Shown: positions 17,136 to 27,422 of the stretch, one piece after another | How positions within the stretch are numbered: position 1 is the first letter of the stretch | How the letters are laid out: each line of letters begins with the position of its first letter | Notes under the pieces: model-generated | Seen by the model: only the letters and a program-made list of their open reading frames with translations | Database searches by the model: none | Told to the model about the DNA's origin: nothing | NCBI GenBank assembly: GCA_965206445.1 | Contig: CBDBJR010000001.1 | Location: forward strand, 146,135 to 210,134 | Source: Candidatus Poriferihabitaceae bacterium | Lineage (GTDB): Bacteria; Pseudomonadota; Gammaproteobacteria; Arenicellales; Poriferihabitantaceae | Direction: 5' to 3' | Length of the DNA stretch: 64,000 nucleotides | Position numbers and translations under genes: made by a program

Positions 17136-18682
17136 CCGGCGGCCCGTAACTTAAACCGCTGAATTTTCCCGGTCGCCGTTTTCGGCAATTGATCGACAAA
17201 CTCAATCCAGCGCGGGTATTTCCACTTGCCGATTTTCTCTTTCACATGGCTTTTTAAGTCCTGCTCAAGCTGCGGCGTGGGCGCGGCATTTTTCAATACC
17301 ACGAATGCTTTGGGTTTGTTGAGCCCGTCTGCATCGCCCGCCGCCACCACCGCGGCCTCCAGGACCGCGGCATGCGACACCAGCGCCTGCTCCACCTCGA
17401 ACGGCGCCACCCAGATGCCGCTGACCTTGAACAGATCATCCGCGCGGCCGCAGTAGACCAGCCGACCGTCCGCGCGCCGCCGGTATTTGTCGCCGGTGCG
17501 CGTCCACTCGCCCGCAAACGTCGCGCGGCTTTTCTCCCGCTGATTCCAATAGCCGTCGGCGGCGGAGTGCCCTTTTACCAGCAGCTCGCCGAGTTGGTCG
17601 GCGGCCACCTCGGCGCCGTGCTCGTCAACCAGCCGCAAATCATAGCCGGCCACCGCGCGGCCCGAGCTGCCGTACTCGACACTGTCGGCGGTGTTGGTCA
17701 GAAAGATGTGCAGCAATTCGGTCGAGCCGACGCCGTCGAGGATATCGACCCCGACCCGCGCCTTCCAGTTTTTGCCGATCTCCTCCGGCAGCGCTTCGCC
17801 GGCGGAAATGCAGCGTCGCAGGTAGGCATACGACGTATCGGCGCGCGCATCCAGGGCCGACAGCAGCGCGGCATACAGCGTCGGGACGCCGTAAAACACG
17901 CCGGGGCGAAAGCGATCGAGCACGGCAAATACGTTGTCGGGGGTCGGCCGCCCGGACAGCAGCACGGTGGTCGCCCCGACCGCCATCGGAAACGTCATCG
18001 CATTGCCAAGCCCGTAGGCAAAAAACAATTTGGCGGCGGAAAAAACCACCTCATCGGGCTGAATTTTCAGCACTGTGGCCGCATACGTGTCGGCGGTCGC
18101 GCGCAGGCTGCCGTGCACGTGGCGCACCCCTTTGGGCGCGCCGGTGGAGCCCGATGAGTACAGCCAGAACGCGCACTCATCGGCGCTGACCGACACCGGC
18201 GGGCGGCTTTCCGACTGTGCCAGCTCGGCGGCCAGCGCATGGCAGCCCGCCGGCGCCGTGGCCGCGCCGACGACAAAAACGGCGCGCAGGTGCGGCGCGT
18301 TGTCCAATAGCGGCTGCACCACCGGCAGCAGCGCGGCAGACACGCACAGCGCCGCCGCCCGGCTGTCGTGCAAAATCGCGCGATAGGTTTCGGCCGCCAG
18401 CAGGGTGTTCAACGCGACCGGCACGACGCCGGCCTTCAGGCTGCCCCAGAACACCACCGGAAACTCGAGCTGATCGAGCAGCAGCATCGCCACCCGCTCT
18501 TCCCGCCGGATGCCATGCCGCTGATACAGCGCCGCCATGCGCCCGGTCTGCTCGGCCAGTTCGGCATAGGTGATCTGCCGGGCGGCATCGTCGGCTTCGA
18601 TAAAAGCGGCTTTGCCGCCGCCCGCTCCGGCGGCCGGACGGTCGACAAAATACAGTGCGGCGTTTTGGTTTTTTTCGGTCAT
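17132..18682 (-). CDS. bclA: Benzoate-CoA ligase (AMP-forming acyl-CoA ligase)
   Basis: AMP-binding motifs WLYSSGSTGAPKGV, GEWTRTGDKY and PKTATGKIQRFKLR. First gene of the box operon, so benzoate specificity is inferred from context. Confidence 0.75.
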   Translation of the reverse strand: MTEKNQNAALYFVDRPAAGAGGGKAAFIEADDAARQITYAELAEQTGRMAALYQRHGIRREERVAMLLLDQLEFPVVFWGSLKAGVVPVALNTLLAAETYRAILHDSRAAALCVSAALLPVVQPLLDNAPHLRAVFVVGAATAPAGCHALAAELAQSESRPPVSVSADECAFWLYSSGSTGAPKGVRHVHGSLRATADTYAATVLKIQPDEVVFSAAKLFFAYGLGNAMTFPMAVGATTVLLSGRPTPDNVFAVLDRFRPGVFYGVPTLYAALLSALDARADTSYAYLRRCISAGEALPEEIGKNWKARVGVDILDGVGSTELLHIFLTNTADSVEYGSSGRAVAGYDLRLVDEHGAEVAADQLGELLVKGHSAADGYWNQREKSRATFAGEWTRTGDKYRRRADGRLVYCGRADDLFKVSGIWVAPFEVEQALVSHAAVLEAAVVAAGDADGLNKPKAFVVLKNAAPTPQLEQDLKSHVKEKIGKWKYPRWIEFVDQLPKTATGKIQRFKLRAAG

Positions 18683-18765
18683 GCTGTCCTCAACGCGGCA
18701 TTATACGGTATGATATTTCGCTTTGATTCGCGGGCGGTGTATCGTCCGCTCTGCTGCACGGCAAT

Positions 18766-18849
18766 ACGCTTGCAGGACGCTTGCAGGCAAACTGGCGGGC
18801 GGTCGGCAACGGCGGTTGAAATTATGCCATAGTATGCATACGCGCTGCA
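18766..18849. promoter_or_regulatory. Divergent promoter region with TGCA-containing repeats (possible BoxR/BzdR-type operator)
   Basis: Tandem 11-bp acgcttgcagg x2 (18766-18787) and TGCATACGCGCTGCA (18835-18849). Lies between bclA and the ABC importer. Confidence 0.3.
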
Positions 18850-18907
18850 CTCGAACGCCACACACATCTCGCCCTGCGGGGCCAACTATCGAACCGGAGA
18901 AAACAAA

Positions 18908-20065
18908 TTGATGAACAATTTCAAATCATACATGCTGGGTATCGGCTTGTCGGTGCTGCTGGCAGCGCCCGGCATGGCGGCGACCAAAGTCGGGCTGCTG
19001 CTGCCCAAATCCGGCGTCTTTGCCGCGCTCGGCAACGAGATCGACGACGGCTTTGTCATGGCGATAGAAGAATCCGGCCGGGCGGCGGACATCTCGATTG
19101 CGCGCGAGGATACCGAGGTGAAACCCGCCGTCGGGGTGGCCAAAATACGCAAATTGGTATTGCAGGATGAGGTGGACGTCGTCGTCGGGCTGGTGTCATC
19201 CGGCGTGCTGGCCGCGGTGCGCGATTTCGTCGATACCCAAGGGGTGCCGCTGATTGTCGCCAACGCCGGCAATGATCATGCCACCGGCAAAGATTGCAGC
19301 AAATACATTACCCGGGTTTCATTTTCCAACGCGCAGGTCAACCGGCCGCTGGGGCCGTGGATGTACGAGCACGGCATCCGCAAGGTCTATACCCTGGCCG
19401 CCGACTATGCCGCGGGGCATCAGATGGTCGATGCTTTCACCGCGTCGTTTACGCAGGCCGGCGGTGAGATGGTCGGCTCCGAGTTCACCCCGTTTCGCAA
19501 AACCAAGGATTTCGGGCCGTATCTGGCCGTGGCCAAAGCGGCCAACCCGGATGCCATATTTGTGTTCTACGCCGGCGGCGAAGCGATCGCCTTTGTCAAG
19601 CAGTATGATTCGTTTGGCTTGAAGCAGCAGGTGCCGCTGTTCGGCTCCGGCTTCCTGACCTCACCGCTGTACGTGGCGGCCCAGGGCCCGGCGGCCGTAG
19701 GGGTGGTCACGGCGCTGCATTATGTGCCGACGCTGGATACGCCGGAGAACAGGCGTTTTGTCGCCGCCTTTTACGCCCGGTACGAGCGCACGCCGTCGGA
19801 GTTTGCCGTGCAGGGGTATGATGCCGGCCGGGTTCTGATGGCCGCGTTAGACACCGGCGCCGAGGGCCGGGAGGCGATCGCAGCGGCGGTGCCCAGCGTC
19901 AAATACGTCGGCCCGCGCGGCCCGCTGCAAATCGATCCGGCGACGCACAATATCGTACAAAATATCTATTTTTACGTGACCGTCATGGAGGCGGGCGGCC
20001 TGACCCAAAAACTGCTCGGTCAGGTTGACGCCGTGCAGGACCGCGTCAACGGCTGCGTCAAGTAA
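18908..20065 (+). CDS. ABC transporter periplasmic substrate-binding protein (Leu/Ile/Val-binding-protein family)
   Basis: Signal peptide MMNNFKSYMLGIGLSVLLAAPGMAA. Type I periplasmic binding-protein fold. Followed by Liv-type permeases and ATPases. Confidence 0.75.
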   Translation: MMNNFKSYMLGIGLSVLLAAPGMAATKVGLLLPKSGVFAALGNEIDDGFVMAIEESGRAADISIAREDTEVKPAVGVAKIRKLVLQDEVDVVVGLVSSGVLAAVRDFVDTQGVPLIVANAGNDHATGKDCSKYITRVSFSNAQVNRPLGPWMYEHGIRKVYTLAADYAAGHQMVDAFTASFTQAGGEMVGSEFTPFRKTKDFGPYLAVAKAANPDAIFVFYAGGEAIAFVKQYDSFGLKQQVPLFGSGFLTSPLYVAAQGPAAVGVVTALHYVPTLDTPENRRFVAAFYARYERTPSEFAVQGYDAGRVLMAALDTGAEGREAIAAAVPSVKYVGPRGPLQIDPATHNIVQNIYFYVTVMEAGGLTQKLLGQVDAVQDRVNGCVK

Positions 20066-20133
20066 CGCCGGCCCCCGCCGGCCGCTCGAGCGGCATCATC
20101 GGGCGGCGACGGGGTTGGGTTCGGGCGCTGAAC

Positions 20134-21003
20134 ATGCCTGCTGATGCAGAGTTCTGGATCGTTCAGTTTTTGAACGGCCTCCAGTTTTCGATGCTGCTGT
20201 TCCTGCTGTCGGTCGGCCTCACCGTGATCTTCGGGCTGCTGCATTTCATCAATCTGGCGCATGGCTCGCTGTACGCGCTCGGCGCCTTTATCGGCGTCAG
20301 CGTCGCCCCCCGGTTCGGCTATTGGAGCGCGCTGGTGGTTGCGCCGGTGGTCGTGATGGGCGTGGGCACGGCGCTCTATCTCGGCCTGATTCGGCATATG
20401 CGGCATTCCGGGCCGATGGCGCAGGTGCTGGTGTCGTTTGGCCTGATCTTTGTGCTGCTGGATATTTTTCGTCTGACCTGGGGCGATATCCCGACCGGGC
20501 TGGAGCCGCCCGCTATCCTGTCCGGCCCGGCGGTGTTTTTCGGCATCCACTATCCCGCCTATCGGCTGTTTATCATTCTGCTCGGGCTGTGCGTGATCGG
20601 GATTTTGAGCCTGGTTTTGTCGCGCACCCCGGTCGGTATCGTGATGCGCGCCAGTGTCGAAAACGATGCCATGGCGGCCTGCCTTGGGATCAACGTTGAG
20701 CGGCTGTTCTTCAGTGTGTTTTGCGTCGGCTGTGCGCTGGCCGGGCTGGCCGGCGTGGTGGCCGCCCCGGTGTTGGCGGTCAGCCCCGGCATGGGCGCCG
20801 ACATTTTGATCCCGGCGCTGATTGTCGTTGTGGTCGGCGGGCTGGGCAGCCTGAACGGCGCCATTGCCGGCTCGCTGATTGTCGGTTTTACCGAAACCTT
20901 CGGCAGCATTCTGGCGCCGCAACTGGCGTCGGTGCTGATCTACCTGATGCTGGCGGGGATCTTGATTTTCAGGCCCTCGGGGCTGTTTGCGGTGCGCCGA
21001 TAA
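20134..21003 (+). CDS. Branched-chain-type ABC transporter permease (LivH-like)
   Basis: 289 aa, polytopic hydrophobic. Operon context. Confidence 0.75.
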   Translation: MPADAEFWIVQFLNGLQFSMLLFLLSVGLTVIFGLLHFINLAHGSLYALGAFIGVSVAPRFGYWSALVVAPVVVMGVGTALYLGLIRHMRHSGPMAQVLVSFGLIFVLLDIFRLTWGDIPTGLEPPAILSGPAVFFGIHYPAYRLFIILLGLCVIGILSLVLSRTPVGIVMRASVENDAMAACLGINVERLFFSVFCVGCALAGLAGVVAAPVLAVSPGMGADILIPALIVVVVGGLGSLNGAIAGSLIVGFTETFGSILAPQLASVLIYLMLAGILIFRPSGLFAVRR

Positions 21004-21007
21004 GGTC

Positions 21008-21979
21008 GTGTTTTCGCACTCGCCCGGTTCCCTGCTGCTCGGCCTGGCACTGGTGCTGGGCCTGGCCGCTTACGCGGCTTTCGGCGGGTATTTTGCGCGC
21101 GAAATTGTCATCGAGATCGCGATTCTGATTATTCTGGCCATCAGCCTCGATTTTGTCGCCGGATATGGCGGCATGGTGTCCCTGTGCCATGGCGCGATTT
21201 ACGGTCTCGGCGCCTATCTCTATGCGGCGGCAACGGTGCTGTTCGCGCTGCCGCCCCTCGCCGCTACCGGCCTGGCGATGGTCGGCTGCGCCGCGTTCGG
21301 CCTGGCCGTCGGCGCGGTCACGGCCCGCACTACCGGCATCTTTTTCATTATGGCGACGCTGGCCTTCGGGCAAATGCTGTATGCGCTGGTGTTCGAATCG
21401 AGCTATCTCGGCGGCGACGACGGCATGCCGGGGGTAAAGCGGCTGGATTTTTCCCCGCTCGGCATCGACCTGAACGACTCCTTGATGTTTGCCGGCCTGT
21501 GCCTGGTCGGGGCAGTGGTCAGCTACGCGCTCATCGCGACGGTTCTGCGGGCCGCGTTTGGCCGCGCGCTATGCGGCATCCACTCGAATGAAGATCGGAT
21601 GCGGTCGCTGGGCGCAAGCACATGGAAATACAAAGCCGTCGCGTTTGCTGTTTCCGCGACGGTGGCCGGGTTTGCCGGTACGCTGGCGGCGCAGCACACG
21701 CTGTTCGTCTCGCCCGAGTTGTTGGTCTGGACCGTCTCCGGCGAAGCGCTGGTGGTGGTCATTCTGGGCGGCATTGGCACCCTCATTGGGCCGGCCATCG
21801 GGGCGATATTTCTGGTGCTGCTGAAACACGGGATCGGCAGCTACACCGATCACTGGCACGGGTTTATCGGCCTGATTCTGATCTTCACCGTGATGGCCGG
21901 CGGGCGCGGCATCTGGGGGCAGCTGCAGCGGCTGTCGAGCCGGCGCAACCCGGCGCAGTCGAGACATGCTGGAGATTAA
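21008..21979 (+). CDS. Branched-chain-type ABC transporter permease (LivM-like)
   Basis: The track ORF starts at TTG 20987. I prefer the in-frame GTG at 21008, which follows an aagg Shine-Dalgarno-like site. Polytopic membrane protein. Confidence 0.7.
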   Translation: MFSHSPGSLLLGLALVLGLAAYAAFGGYFAREIVIEIAILIILAISLDFVAGYGGMVSLCHGAIYGLGAYLYAAATVLFALPPLAATGLAMVGCAAFGLAVGAVTARTTGIFFIMATLAFGQMLYALVFESSYLGGDDGMPGVKRLDFSPLGIDLNDSLMFAGLCLVGAVVSYALIATVLRAAFGRALCGIHSNEDRMRSLGASTWKYKAVAFAVSATVAGFAGTLAAQHTLFVSPELLVWTVSGEALVVVILGGIGTLIGPAIGAIFLVLLKHGIGSYTDHWHGFIGLILIFTVMAGGRGIWGQLQRLSSRRNPAQSRHAGD

Positions 21980-22704
21980 CAACCTGCACAAGTCGTTCGG
22001 CGGGCTGCGCGTCGCCAAGGGCATCGACTTGCGGCTGCAACGCGGCGAGCGGCGCGTTATCCTCGGCCCCAACGGGGCCGGCAAAACCACGCTGTTCAAT
22101 CTGATTACCGGCGCCTTGAAACCGACCTGCGGTGCGATTTTTCTCGACGGCAGCGACATCTCGGGCCTGTCGATCGAGCGGCGGGTGCGCCGCGGGCTGA
22201 GCCGGAGCTATCAAAAAAACAACCTGTTCGACCAGCTGACGGTACGCGAAAATCTGTCGCTGGCGGTTGCCGGCGCCACCCATCGCGCGTGGTCGCTGTA
22301 CCGTGATACGCATCAGAGCGCCGACCTGATCGAGTTTGTGCAGCACATTGCCGCGCAGGTCGGGCTGCTGGAGATACTGGACCTGGCGGTCAATCAGGCC
22401 GACTATGGCAGCCGCCGACAGTTGGAGGTGGGGCTGGCGCTGGCTACCCGGCCCAAGGTGCTGCTGATGGATGAGCCCACTTCCGGCATCGGCCCCGACC
22501 GGATCCGCGCATTTCATGCGCTGCTGCAATCGTTTTCGCGCGACCTGACGATGCTGATCATCGAGCACGATATGGACCTGGCGTTTGACATTGCCGACCG
22601 CATCAGCGTGCTGAACTATGGCGCCGTCGTCTTCGAGGGCACGCCGGCGCAAACACAGGCCAGCAGCCTGGTGCAGGAGATTTATCTGGGCGCGTGGGAC
22701 GGCG

Positions 22705-22718
<14 letters not shown>
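21966..22718 (+). CDS. ABC transporter ATP-binding protein (LivG-like)
   Basis: Walker [10 protein letters not shown] and Walker B VLLMDEPTSG. Confidence 0.8.
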
Positions 22719-23406
<688 letters not shown>

Positions 23407-23657
23407 TGCGTGGGAAGGTTGTGCGCTCGCCTTGTCGCCCGATGGAGAAAAAACGACGGGTGCATTAACATGGCGAGCACGACTTGAGACAGTCGCCGCC
23501 ATCGGGATATGATTCGCTGTCCGTTTTGACCTGCTTTAATCCGTTGGAATCGATGGATATAGATGCCGGCTTACAACGGCAGCGAGCGGTTAGAAACCAA
23601 CACCGTGCAGACCCTCAAGACCTGCGCCCGGAAAGAACGGGATTGTGTTTAGAGAGG

Positions 23658-25391
23658 ATGATGATGTCTACAAAAAAGCGACCGGCGGGGTTTAAGAAGA
23701 TTTATCTGGAACCGGACAATCAACTGTTCTCGGAGGTGATGTCAAACGGCAAGAAGTACATCATTCCCCGGTTCCAGCGAGATTATTTCTGGGAGTTCGG
23801 CCATTGGGAAGAGTTATGGCAGGATATTGAAGAGATGCGCGAAAGCAGAACCCAGCACTTTATGGGGTATCTGGTTTTTCAAACCGGAGACGGCAAGACT
23901 TTTCAGATTATTGACGGACAACAGCGTCTGACCACGCTCTCTATTATTGTACTGGCGGCACTCGGCAAGCTTAAAAAATTGATTGGTGAAGGCGTTGAGC
24001 CAAAAGAAAATGCGGCACGCATAGAAATATACCAGAATACCTACGTGGGCATTTCCGACCCGGTTACGTTGACTACCGAACCAAAACTGATTCTCAATCG
24101 ACATAACAATAGCCACTTTCGCGCCATAACCAATCAATTCGAAATAACGGCTCAACGCAATATAGTGCTGACAAACCGGAAGATTAATCAGGCCTTCCGA
24201 TTTTTTAAGGATAAATTTCTGCATTGTGCATCCGGTGAAGCAGTGGCGAAAATCCTTGCCGATATTGCCGATGGTTTGCTTTTTACCACGATTACCGTTC
24301 AGGATGACTTGAATGCCTATACCGTCTTTGAGACGCTCAATGCGCGAGGATTGCATTTGTCCACCCCCGATTTATTGAAGAATTATTTGCTCTCCACTAT
24401 GGCGAGTGAAAAGAACTATTCAGAACAACATTTTCGTTATTTTGAAGAACAATGGGGGTATATTTTAGATCAACTGGGGGAAACTGAATTCACCGGTTTT
24501 TTACGCAGCTATCGCGGCATACATAACAAACTGGTAAATAAGAGAGACTTGTTTCACGCCTTAAAACAGGATGTAAAATCGCCGACAGATGTGCTGTTTT
24601 ATTTGGAAGATTTGAAGAAATATGCGCCCGTATATGCGGCTCTACAAAACCCCCATGATAACTTCTGGAATGAAAATGACGGTCTATATAGCGGTGCGCG
24701 CACACATCTGGAAATTCTAAAATTATTTAATATCAAGACGCCTCTTAGTCTTTTGATGGCCGGGTTTTCGGAATTACCCGATAAAGACTTTATAAGCCTC
24801 TTAAAGCATGTTGTTGCTGTCACGATTCGTTACAACATTATTTGTGGCAAGCCGCCCCCGGATCAGGAGCGCATCTACAATCAGATGGCAAATACATTGG
24901 CGAACAATGCAGGTACACCTTTGCCTCATTTAATCGGCATGCTCAAGCCGGTCTACCCGGATGATGCAGAATTCCTGACCGCTTTTTCGTCAAAGTCCAT
25001 GCCGAGCCGGCAATCCAGCAAGAAAATTGTCTTCTTGCTGAGAAAAATAGAACAGCAGATAAGCAGTGAAGAACCGCCCCTTACATTGACCCTGGAACAT
25101 GTTTTGCCGTTTTCTCCGGATGATGCCTGGCAGGATTACTTTGGTAGAAGTACGTACGAAGATGCAATAGGCAGGCTGGGCAATATGGCTTTACTTCCTG
25201 CCAGACAGAACAAGGGGCAAGAGCGTTTTGCGGAAAAGCGCGCGGTTTTGCGGGGAAGCACGTATGCAATTAACCGGCATATTGCTGAATATCCCGAATG
25301 GAATATGGATAACCTGCAAGACCATCAAAAATGGCTTGCAAAAAAAGCCAAGACTATATGGAGGATATCTCAGTTAGAGAAAAGCGGATGA
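23658..25391 (+). CDS. GmrSD-like DUF262/DUF1524 nuclease (type IV restriction-like)
   Basis: Trimmed to MMMSTKK (ATG at 23658, preceded by agagagg). DUF262 motifs IIPRFQRDYFW and IIDGQQRLTTL. C-terminal His-Me/DUF1524-type LEHVLPFSP...GRLGNMALLPARQNKGQERF. The gene is visibly AT-rich. Confidence 0.8.
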   Translation: MMMSTKKRPAGFKKIYLEPDNQLFSEVMSNGKKYIIPRFQRDYFWEFGHWEELWQDIEEMRESRTQHFMGYLVFQTGDGKTFQIIDGQQRLTTLSIIVLAALGKLKKLIGEGVEPKENAARIEIYQNTYVGISDPVTLTTEPKLILNRHNNSHFRAITNQFEITAQRNIVLTNRKINQAFRFFKDKFLHCASGEAVAKILADIADGLLFTTITVQDDLNAYTVFETLNARGLHLSTPDLLKNYLLSTMASEKNYSEQHFRYFEEQWGYILDQLGETEFTGFLRSYRGIHNKLVNKRDLFHALKQDVKSPTDVLFYLEDLKKYAPVYAALQNPHDNFWNENDGLYSGARTHLEILKLFNIKTPLSLLMAGFSELPDKDFISLLKHVVAVTIRYNIICGKPPPDQERIYNQMANTLANNAGTPLPHLIGMLKPVYPDDAEFLTAFSSKSMPSRQSSKKIVFLLRKIEQQISSEEPPLTLTLEHVLPFSPDDAWQDYFGRSTYEDAIGRLGNMALLPARQNKGQERFAEKRAVLRGSTYAINRHIAEYPEWNMDNLQDHQKWLAKKAKTIWRISQLEKSG

Positions 25392-25594
25392 TTATTTTAA
25401 GAGGGTAGATTTTTTCATCCGGCCCGATCATATCAGCGATACGGAAAAGATTAGAAGTGACTGGATTGCCATCGGCAATGATATGCGTAAAGCGATGGGG
25501 CGAATGGATGACGAAATCAAAAAAACCAAATAGTGGGAACGCATTGCGCGCATGCTTGATATTAATGTTTATTTGAAAAAAACGAGATCGTAGA

Positions 25595-26254
25595 GTGGAT
25601 TTTTCACCCATTATCAATCAGCTGGCTGGTGTTCTTTGGTATTTACTACCAATCGGGATTGTTATCGTTATTTTCAAAACCTCTTGGTTCAAAGGGGTAA
25701 TGGGCGAGTTTGTCGTCAATTTGACTGCAAAGATGCTGCTTGATAAAAACAAATACCACCTGATAAAGAATGTAACGCTGCCAACAGAAGATGGAAGTAC
25801 TCAAATTGATCATATTATTGTTTCAATTTACGGAATCTTTGTAGTCGAAACAAAAAATATGAAGGGCTGGATATTTGGCGGCCCAAGGCAGCGAATATGG
25901 ACACAAAAAATTTACAAGCATTCAAGTAAATTTCAAAACCCGCTGCATCAGAACTATAAACACGTAAAAACGCTGGAGGCATTATTAGGGTTAAATGAAC
26001 AACAAATATATTCTGTAGTTGTTTTTGTTGGCGGTAGCACGTTCAAAACAAAAATGCCTGAAAATGTAACGTATGGCGGAGGCTTTATCCGGTTTATCAA
26101 GTCAAAAAAACAGCAGATTTTCTCTGCGCCTGAAGTGGTGAAAATTACCGAAAGAATTGAGCGTGGCAGGTTTGCACCATCTTTCAAAACAAATCGTGAA
26201 CATGTGCGGCATGTTAGAAATATTGGCAGCAAATCGAGCGACACCAGGACCTGA
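25595..26254 (+). CDS. NERD-domain protein with N-terminal transmembrane helix
   Basis: TM segment LAGVLWYLLPIGIVIVIF. NERD core GSTQIDHIIVSIYGIFVVETKNMKGWIFG...RIWTQK. AT-rich. Confidence 0.7.
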   Translation: MDFSPIINQLAGVLWYLLPIGIVIVIFKTSWFKGVMGEFVVNLTAKMLLDKNKYHLIKNVTLPTEDGSTQIDHIIVSIYGIFVVETKNMKGWIFGGPRQRIWTQKIYKHSSKFQNPLHQNYKHVKTLEALLGLNEQQIYSVVVFVGGSTFKTKMPENVTYGGGFIRFIKSKKQQIFSAPEVVKITERIERGRFAPSFKTNREHVRHVRNIGSKSSDTRT

Positions 26255-26445
26255 TGTTCATGGCAAGAACAACAAGAAACACTAAGCTCGCCTACTCTCG
26301 GCGCCCCTTCTCATATTCTACGCAGCCCATCCATCTATGCTCGGCCTGAAATAGCAACTGAATGGGCTGGCCATCTCGGATCGGTAGCCGCACATAGTCG
26401 GTTTCGACACGGCAAGTTAACCGGATTGCCGGCAATTAAAATCTC

Positions 26446-26471
26446 TTATTCCAGCGCCTTATTCCAGCGCC
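26446..26471. repeat. 13-bp tandem duplication spanning the gshB stop codon
   Basis: ttattccagcgcc occurs twice back to back (26446-26458 and 26459-26471). The second copy encodes the gshB C-terminus ...ALE*. Confidence 0.9.
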
Positions 26472-27376
26472 GCGATAATCCGATGGTGAAAGTCGGTTTG
26501 TTCAAACCGGCTCAATTCCTGCAACCCGGTGGGGCTGGTCACGTTTACTTCAATCAGCCGGTCGCCGATGATGTCGATGCCGGCCAGAAAGATGCCCTGC
26601 TCGATTAGTCGCGGTTTCAGTTCGGCGCATATTTCCAGGTCGCACTGATTGAGTTCGGTCGGATGCGCGGTGGCGCCCAGGTCGAGGTTGTTCAGCTCGC
26701 TCTGGTCGCCATGCAGGCGCAATATGCCGCCGAGCACATCGCCGTTCAACAGCAGTACGCGCTTATCGCCTTGCGCTGCCGTCGGTAAATATGCCTGCAC
26801 GATTACCTGGTGCGATTGATCGCGGGTCGCCTGACGCAGCACGTCGTCGGCATCATCCGCACGGTAAAACACAATTCCCTTGCCGCCAAAACCGTCTATC
26901 GGCTTGATCACGACCCGTTCGTGTTGCCGGCTGAAATGTTTGATGGTGTCGATTCGGCAGGTCACACAGGTGGCCGGTGTCAAGTGCGGGAATTTTAACG
27001 CCGCCAGTTTCTCGTTCCAGTTGCGAATGCCGGCCGGGCGGTTCAACACCCGGGTGCTCTCGGGCAGGTAGTCCAGCAGCAGTGTGGTGTAGAAATACCG
27101 CCGGTCGAGCGGCGGGTCGGTTCGCACCCAGACCGCGTCCATATCGTCCAGCGGCAGCGTGGCCCGCTGCGGCTGATCGAAAGGGCGGTCGGTGTCGTCA
27201 TTTACCCGCACCCAGGTTACCTCAGCCCACAGGCGATCCTGCTGCAACCACAGGGCCGATTGCTCGAGGTGGCAGACTCGATGCCCGCGCTGCACGCAGG
27301 CCAGCATCAAAAAGTAGGTCGTGTCTTTCCACGCCTTGATGCCGGTCGGCGAGTCCATGATAAAGGCATGCTGCAT
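26459..27376 (-). CDS. gshB: Glutathione synthetase
   Basis: 305 aa. N-terminal MQHAFIMDSP...KDTTYFLMLACVQRGH aligns with the GshB N-domain. ATP-grasp C-terminal part with IEVNVTSPTGLQE. Confidence 0.85.
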   Translation of the reverse strand: MQHAFIMDSPTGIKAWKDTTYFLMLACVQRGHRVCHLEQSALWLQQDRLWAEVTWVRVNDDTDRPFDQPQRATLPLDDMDAVWVRTDPPLDRRYFYTTLLLDYLPESTRVLNRPAGIRNWNEKLAALKFPHLTPATCVTCRIDTIKHFSRQHERVVIKPIDGFGGKGIVFYRADDADDVLRQATRDQSHQVIVQAYLPTAAQGDKRVLLLNGDVLGGILRLHGDQSELNNLDLGATAHPTELNQCDLEICAELKPRLIEQGIFLAGIDIIGDRLIEVNVTSPTGLQELSRFEQTDFHHRIIAALE

Positions 27377-27422
27377 AGCCGGTGCGCGCGATTGTGGTCA
27401 GCGGGCGGGTCGGCGGCGGGCG

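Noticed and set aside
25378-25533. Open frame encoding ...ADDYFKRVDFFIRPDHISDTEKIRSDWIAIGNDMRKAMGRMDDEIKKTK* between the GmrSD-like and NERD genes
   Set aside because: It looks like the C-terminus of a real protein. There is no ATG/GTG/TTG before the last 12 codons, and a stop sits immediately upstream. I treat it as a gene remnant, not a feature.
26292-26435. 47-aa minus-strand ORF (TTG start) just downstream of gshB: (M)PAIRLTCRVETDYVRLPIRDGQPIQLLFQAEHRWMGCVEYEKGRRE*
   Set aside because: It is short, has a non-ATG start, no clear Shine-Dalgarno site and no recognisable family. That is insufficient support.
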